Under the pieces are notes generated by a model. It was given only the letters and a program-made list of their open reading frames with translations. It did not search any database and was not told the DNA's origin. Below are positions 59,539-64,000 of a stretch of 64,000 nt of DNA, in pieces. Numbering within the stretch: position 1 is the first letter of the stretch; the number at the start of each line of letters is the position of its first letter. Position numbers and translations under genes: made by a program. Source of the stretch: an uncultured Alphaproteobacteria bacterium (GTDB lineage: Bacteria > Pseudomonadota > Alphaproteobacteria > Paracaedibacterales > CAITNM01); assembly GCA_903874955.1 (NCBI GenBank), contig CAIQTY010000028.1, forward strand, positions 4,540 through 68,539. Direction: 5' to 3'.

Positions 59539-60625
59539 GACGCTCAGTTTTAATCGGTTGAAAATCAGCCAAAAAGTCTTGGCATTTTTCTACGCTGTTT
59601 GGAACTAACATATAGTCGGCATAGAATTTACTATTTATTCGGCGATTTAAACCAACTTTAAGATGGGGGCCATGCTTTGCAGCAATTCTTTTTAAATCTA
59701 AATAATTCATCTCTTCAGAGCAACAAGAAGATGTAAGATTATATTTTCCGACGTAAAGTTTTCCTGCAGGATCAATAAGAAAGTAAAGCGGAAGCAGCAT
59801 GTCAGTAAATTCTGAAGTAAATGGCCAAGTATCTTGTTCTGCGTGTTGGTCAAAGTAAATCTCGTAGGAAAGAGGATAATACTGGACAGAAACTCCATAT
59901 TCTGTGCCATCGTCTAACACTACTTGAACTGGCCTTTTTTTTATGGGAAATAGACCAGTAATGCTCATGTTGGAATCACTAATACCTATTTTTTTAAGAA
60001 AATTATAGACCAGAAGCAAATGCGGTGTATTACGCGAGGCAATAAAATTTACCCTGACCTCATTAAGATCACCGTTTGCAAGAAATTCCCCAATTGCGTT
60101 GGTAAGATTGCTAAATAATCTACCATTACGATTAGTAGTTTTATCACAAATATCATCAGTTACATGAGTTGCAAAAGTTTTTAGAATTTTACTGCCCTTA
60201 AATTGCCGCAAAACTAAGCCAGCGCAATCGCAAATATTGTCGGAAAACACTTGTTTAAAATGATGATCTGGGGAGCTAGGAGAGACAATAGCTATTGTTT
60301 GTTCTGCTAACCAGTGGGTATCACTAAAATCAACAAAGTGTGGATATTCATTAATTTTCATTTCTGTCAGGTTATTTATGGACCGATACTGAGCACTTTT
60401 TTCTTCATAAATCTGATCGTTAAATACGATAAAACATTTATATTCATCTTGATAATGCTTAATACCTTTAAGTGATTCTTTGAAATCATGTCGTATTTTT
60501 ATGCGGTCATTAATGGTTGAGCAAACAATGGCACCTTTTGTTTCTTCATTTACTGCAGAAACAGAGCAAAATAAATTTATAAAAAATAAATTTAGTAAAA
60601 ATATTTTAAAAATACTTTTAATCAT
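59519..60625 (-). CDS. secreted hypothetical protein
   Basis: 368 aa. Signal peptide FFINLFCSVSA|VNE. It is Cys-containing and globular-looking, and I recognise no family. Its 3' end overlaps the start of the serine hydrolase gene by 20 nt. Confidence 0.5.
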   Translation of the reverse strand: MIKSIFKIFLLNLFFINLFCSVSAVNEETKGAIVCSTINDRIKIRHDFKESLKGIKHYQDEYKCFIVFNDQIYEEKSAQYRSINNLTEMKINEYPHFVDFSDTHWLAEQTIAIVSPSSPDHHFKQVFSDNICDCAGLVLRQFKGSKILKTFATHVTDDICDKTTNRNGRLFSNLTNAIGEFLANGDLNEVRVNFIASRNTPHLLLVYNFLKKIGISDSNMSITGLFPIKKRPVQVVLDDGTEYGVSVQYYPLSYEIYFDQHAEQDTWPFTSEFTDMLLPLYFLIDPAGKLYVGKYNLTSSCCSEEMNYLDLKRIAAKHGPHLKVGLNRRINSKFYADYMLVPNSVEKCQDFLADFQPIKTERHEEANQ

Positions 60626-60644
60626 TCAAAGTACTGCCCCAAAT

Positions 60645-61913
60645 TTATGATGCATCTACCTTAATGCGCTCAACAATGGCACCACACCCTTGAAGTTTCG
60701 TCTCTAGGCTATCATATCCTCGGTCCAGGTGATAAAGACGGCTGATCGTAGTATCACCTTTTGCAGCTAGCCCTGCAGCAACAAGGCCGATTGAGGCACG
60801 AATATCAGTTGCCATGACCGGTGCGCCACTTAATTTTTTAACCCCACGTACCATTGCAGATGCCCCGTGCACCTGAATATTTGCTCCCATGCGGACAAGT
60901 TCAGGCACATGCATGAAGCGATTTTCAAAAATTGTCTCGGTAATCATGCTAGCTCCTTCACAAATGCCCATCAAGGCCATCATAGGTGCCTGAAGATCCG
61001 TTGCAAACCCAGGGTAAGGCTCAGTCATAACATCAACCCCTTGGATAGGACCGTTCTGGTAGATACGAAACCCGTCAACCTCCTCTTCAAAAACTGCCCC
61101 AGCTTTTTCAAGCGTTTCTCGAACCATCGGCAAATAGTCAAGGGATGTGTTTTTTAAAACCACATCGCCACCTGTAATGAGAGCAGCAATAGCATAAGAA
61201 CCAGTTTCAAGGCGATCTGGCATAACCTTATAGGTTGCCCCATGCAGCGCTGAAACACCTTCAATAGTAATTGTATCAGTACCTGCACCTTCAACCTTAG
61301 CACCCATTGCATTGAGGCAATTTGCCAGATCCACAATTTCAGGCTCTCTTGCCACATTACGCAAAATTGTTTGGCCTTTTGCAATAGAAGCTGCCAGCAT
61401 GAGATTTTCCGTAGCCCCCACAGACACAACCCGCATAGTAAAATTAGCCCCGTGAAGTCCATTCGGGGCTTTTGCAATAATGTATCCCTCATCAAGGTCA
61501 CAGGTTGCACCCATTGCACGCAGACCTTCTAGGTGAACATCTACAGCACGAGCACCCAAAGCGCAACCGCCTGGAAGAGATACACGGGCTATGCCATAGC
61601 GAGCAACTAAAGGTCCCAATACCAACACCGATGCACGCATCGTTTTGACCAAATCGTATGGCGCTGTGGTCGAAGTAATGTGCGATGCACAAAGAGTCCG
61701 TGTATCTTCCCCTTGAGTTGCTACAACGCCCAAAATTTCTAAAAGCTGCGTCGTTGTCCGAATATCAGCCAAATTAGGTACATTTGTAAGGGTAAGCGGC
61801 TGGTCTGTTAATAGGCACGCAACCATAAGCGGTAAAGCTGAATTTTTAGCACCGCTAATTTGAATGGTTCCGTTTAGGGGAAAGCCCCCTTGAATTTTTA
61901 AAACTGTTGCCAT
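60645..61913 (-). CDS. murA: UDP-N-acetylglucosamine 1-carboxyvinyltransferase
   Basis: I prefer the ATG at 61913 ([30 protein letters not shown]...), which gives 422 aa. The 27-aa extension in the track is not MurA-like. The active-site region is [13 protein letters not shown]. Confidence 0.95.
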   Translation of the reverse strand: MATVLKIQGGFPLNGTIQISGAKNSALPLMVACLLTDQPLTLTNVPNLADIRTTTQLLEILGVVATQGEDTRTLCASHITSTTAPYDLVKTMRASVLVLGPLVARYGIARVSLPGGCALGARAVDVHLEGLRAMGATCDLDEGYIIAKAPNGLHGANFTMRVVSVGATENLMLAASIAKGQTILRNVAREPEIVDLANCLNAMGAKVEGAGTDTITIEGVSALHGATYKVMPDRLETGSYAIAALITGGDVVLKNTSLDYLPMVRETLEKAGAVFEEEVDGFRIYQNGPIQGVDVMTEPYPGFATDLQAPMMALMGICEGASMITETIFENRFMHVPELVRMGANIQVHGASAMVRGVKKLSGAPVMATDIRASIGLVAAGLAAKGDTTISRLYHLDRGYDSLETKLQGCGAIVERIKVDAS

Positions 61914-62267
61914 GGCTATATTTTCATAAATGCTAGTTGATTTTGGGGGGTATTTAAGAAATAGTGAAGGGAAATAAAATAGGTGTTGAAACAATTAACG
62001 GCGTCACTGTCATTATTTATTAAATTAACAAGCGTACCTATTAAGAAATTTTTAACTTTTTTATGTTTAGGTTGCTCCTTCCCCCACCCCCACCCTTCAG
62101 AAGGGAGGGCACCAATTCCTTCAACAAACGTTGTTTTGGCAACGTCTCTGCTGGTGAGTGTCGTTATCACACTCATTATGGACCGGTTAATTATAAACAT
62201 AATACTCAAATACTTAATATTCACTTAATTTTTTGTTTTTTATTTACATAGCCTACTAGGCCCCAGT

Positions 62268-62819
62268 TTATAGTTTAGCCAAAGTCACACCTGTTTGATT
62301 CATGTATTTACCAGCGCGATCGCGGTAAGAAACCTCGCAAGCCTGATCTCCTTTAAAAAACAAAAATTGGCAAACACCTTCATTTGCGTAAATTTTAGCG
62401 GGAAGCGGCGTTGTATTTGAAAATTCCAGGGTCACATGGCCCTCCCATTCAGGCTCGAGTGGCGTGACATTTACAATAATACCACATCTTGCATAGGTTG
62501 ACTTACCGAGGCATATAACCAACACATCCCTTGGAATACGAAAATATTCAACGGTTCTAGCAAGAGCAAAACTATTGGGCGGAATAATACAAACATCAGT
62601 TTCCCGATCGACAAAGCTGCTGGGTGAAAAATCTTTTGGATCCACAATGGCATTATTGACATTTGTAAAAATCTTGAATTCAGGAGAACACCGTGCATCA
62701 TAACCGTAGGATGATAAACCATAGGAAATCATCCCTTCGCGTTTTTGACTCTCCACAAATGGATCTATCATGCTATTTTTTTTTGCCTGTTCACGAATCC
62801 ATATATCTGAAAGAATCAT
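62268..62819 (-). CDS. dcd: dCTP deaminase
   Basis: 183 aa. The MILSD start, [10 protein letters not shown], and the catalytic-region block [27 protein letters not shown]. Confidence 0.93.
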   Translation of the reverse strand: MILSDIWIREQAKKNSMIDPFVESQKREGMISYGLSSYGYDARCSPEFKIFTNVNNAIVDPKDFSPSSFVDRETDVCIIPPNSFALARTVEYFRIPRDVLVICLGKSTYARCGIIVNVTPLEPEWEGHVTLEFSNTTPLPAKIYANEGVCQFLFFKGDQACEVSYRDRAGKYMNQTGVTLAKL

Positions 62820-62822
62820 TGG

Positions 62823-63626
62823 TTAGTCCTTTACAACGGTAATATCTGGTGCATCAACAGCTTTCATGCCAACCACATGGTAACCAGAATCGACATGAAC
62901 AACTTCACCGGTCACACCTGATGCCAAATCACTTAGCAAATATAAAGCTGATCCACCAACATCTTCTAAGGTCGTGTTACGGCGCAAAGGTGAATTGTAT
63001 TGATTCCATTTCAAAATATAGCGAAAATCTCCGATTCCACTGGCGGCTAGGGTTTTAACAGGTCCAGCCGATAGTCCGTTAACACGGATGTTGCGCGGAC
63101 CAAGGTCAACAGCTAAATACTGAACACTCGATTCCAAAGCCGCCTTAGCAACGCCCATAACATTATAATTAGGCATGACTTTTTCAGCGCCATAATAAGT
63201 AAGTGTTAAGAGTGATCCCCCTTTGTGCATAAGGCGATCAGCCTCTTTGCATACCTTTGTGAATGAGTAACATGAAATATGCATGGTGTTTAAAAAATTA
63301 CCTAGAGATGTATCACAATATCGTCCCTGAAGTTCATTTTTATCAGAAAAACCGATTGCATGAACGACAAAATCTAATTCACCCCAATTTTTTTCGATTA
63401 AGTTAAAAGTATTTTCGATACTGCTATCTTGCGCTACATCACATTCCACTAAAAAAGTTGAACCTAGAGTTTCTGCCAAGGGCCGAACCCTCTTTTCTAA
63501 TGCTTCGCCTTGGTAGCTAAAAGCAAGCTCAGCCCCATGCTCTGCTAACATTTTAGAAACGCCCCAGGCAAGCGAATTACTATTTGCTAGGCCCATTATT
63601 AGGCCTTTTTTACCTTTCATTAACAT
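62823..63626 (-). CDS. fabI: enoyl-[acyl-carrier-protein] reductase (NADH), FabI
   Basis: I prefer the Met at 63626 (MLMKGKKGLIMGLANSNSLAWG...). It has the SDR fold, the Tyr/Lys catalytic context YNVMGVAKAALE, and a C-terminal VHVDSGYH. Confidence 0.9.
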   Translation of the reverse strand: MLMKGKKGLIMGLANSNSLAWGVSKMLAEHGAELAFSYQGEALEKRVRPLAETLGSTFLVECDVAQDSSIENTFNLIEKNWGELDFVVHAIGFSDKNELQGRYCDTSLGNFLNTMHISCYSFTKVCKEADRLMHKGGSLLTLTYYGAEKVMPNYNVMGVAKAALESSVQYLAVDLGPRNIRVNGLSAGPVKTLAASGIGDFRYILKWNQYNSPLRRNTTLEDVGGSALYLLSDLASGVTGEVVHVDSGYHVVGMKAVDAPDITVVKD

Positions 63627-63814
63627 TGATGATCTCGCGTGATATATTGTGTTGAAGAATAGACAATACAAGCCTCGAGCGTCAATGGATCAAGATAAAA
63701 AATAAATACTTAGGAAAAGTTTTACGAGCAATTCGTTTCTTTCATAACCACATAAGAAAAACCCTACACTTGTTATTTGTGCAGGGCTCTTAGAAGTATT
63801 TGTAAAATTATCGT

Positions 63815-63985
63815 TTAATAACGACTACTTTTTCTGGCAAAACTTTGCATTGTTTGTTTTGCTTCTTCGAATCTATGGTTCATTTGTGAATACATTTCTT
63901 TTCTTGATTGAGAAAAAACACTACCGACGTTTTCTGCGTGTTCAACAGCGCGATGAAATGAATTTCTCATCAAATCAAGAGGCAT
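63815..63985 (-). CDS. small helical ORF (56 aa), uncertain
   Basis: MPLDLMRNSFHRAVEHAENVGSVFSQSRKEMYSQMNHRFEEAKQTMQSFARKSSRY*. It is below the track cut-off and lies near the window edge. I assign no family. Confidence 0.2.
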   Translation of the reverse strand: MPLDLMRNSFHRAVEHAENVGSVFSQSRKEMYSQMNHRFEEAKQTMQSFARKSSRY

Positions 63986-64000
63986 AAAAAAATCAACTGG

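Noticed and set aside
61914-61994. A 27-aa N-terminal extension of murA in the ORF track, and similarly a 15-aa extension of fabI at 63627..63671.
   Set aside because: The extensions are not MurA- or FabI-like. The internal Met gives the canonical N-terminus in both cases ([10 protein letters not shown]..., MLMKGKKGLIMG...).

Overview
This is a 64-kb window of an AT-rich alphaproteobacterial chromosome. The gene order supports that assignment: mdh-sucCDAB, leuS-lptE-lolC, addB/addA, hrcA-grpE, thyX and tamAB. Many signal-peptide ORFans sit between the housekeeping genes, and several genes look eroded. Together these suggest a host-associated, Holosporales/Rickettsiales-like lineage, but that is inference only. 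I count about 55 credible protein-coding genes. By eye I found no rRNA, tRNA, CRISPR array, transposase, integrase or prophage genes. The core content is the TCA block (mdh, sucC, sucD, sucA, sucB), leuS, lptE, lolC/E, rnr, trxA, phhA/phhB, tamA/tamB, a flagellin, thyX, hrcA-grpE, rlmN, cmk, gpsA, murA, dcd and fabI, plus transporters of the APC, MFS (two), DMT, DAACS and DASS-like classes. The observations most worth a second look are listed here. (1) Two divergent paralogs of a CheY-like receiver domain each carry an N-terminal signal-peptide-like segment and bracket the phhAB operon. (2) Three small secreted proteins of an unrecognised family sit in tandem, and two of them share a near-identical 45-nt 5' end. 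(3) The AddAB system is eroded and split: addB lacks its N-terminal half and has substitutions in its nuclease motif, addA lacks its C-terminal nuclease domain, and two membrane-protein genes are translationally coupled between them. (4) There are small gene relics that mark past rearrangement or loss: an rlmN 3' fragment downstream of trxA, a 10-codon lolD-like stub after lolC/E, and a flavoprotein N-terminal stub. (5) A secreted-protein gene appears split by a frameshift. (6) An isolated flagellin gene has a near-consensus sigma-54 promoter. (7) A compositionally atypical Thr/Ala/Gly/Ser-rich secreted protein follows a long, G+C-richer leader. All functional calls rest on reading the translations for motifs; no database searches were run.
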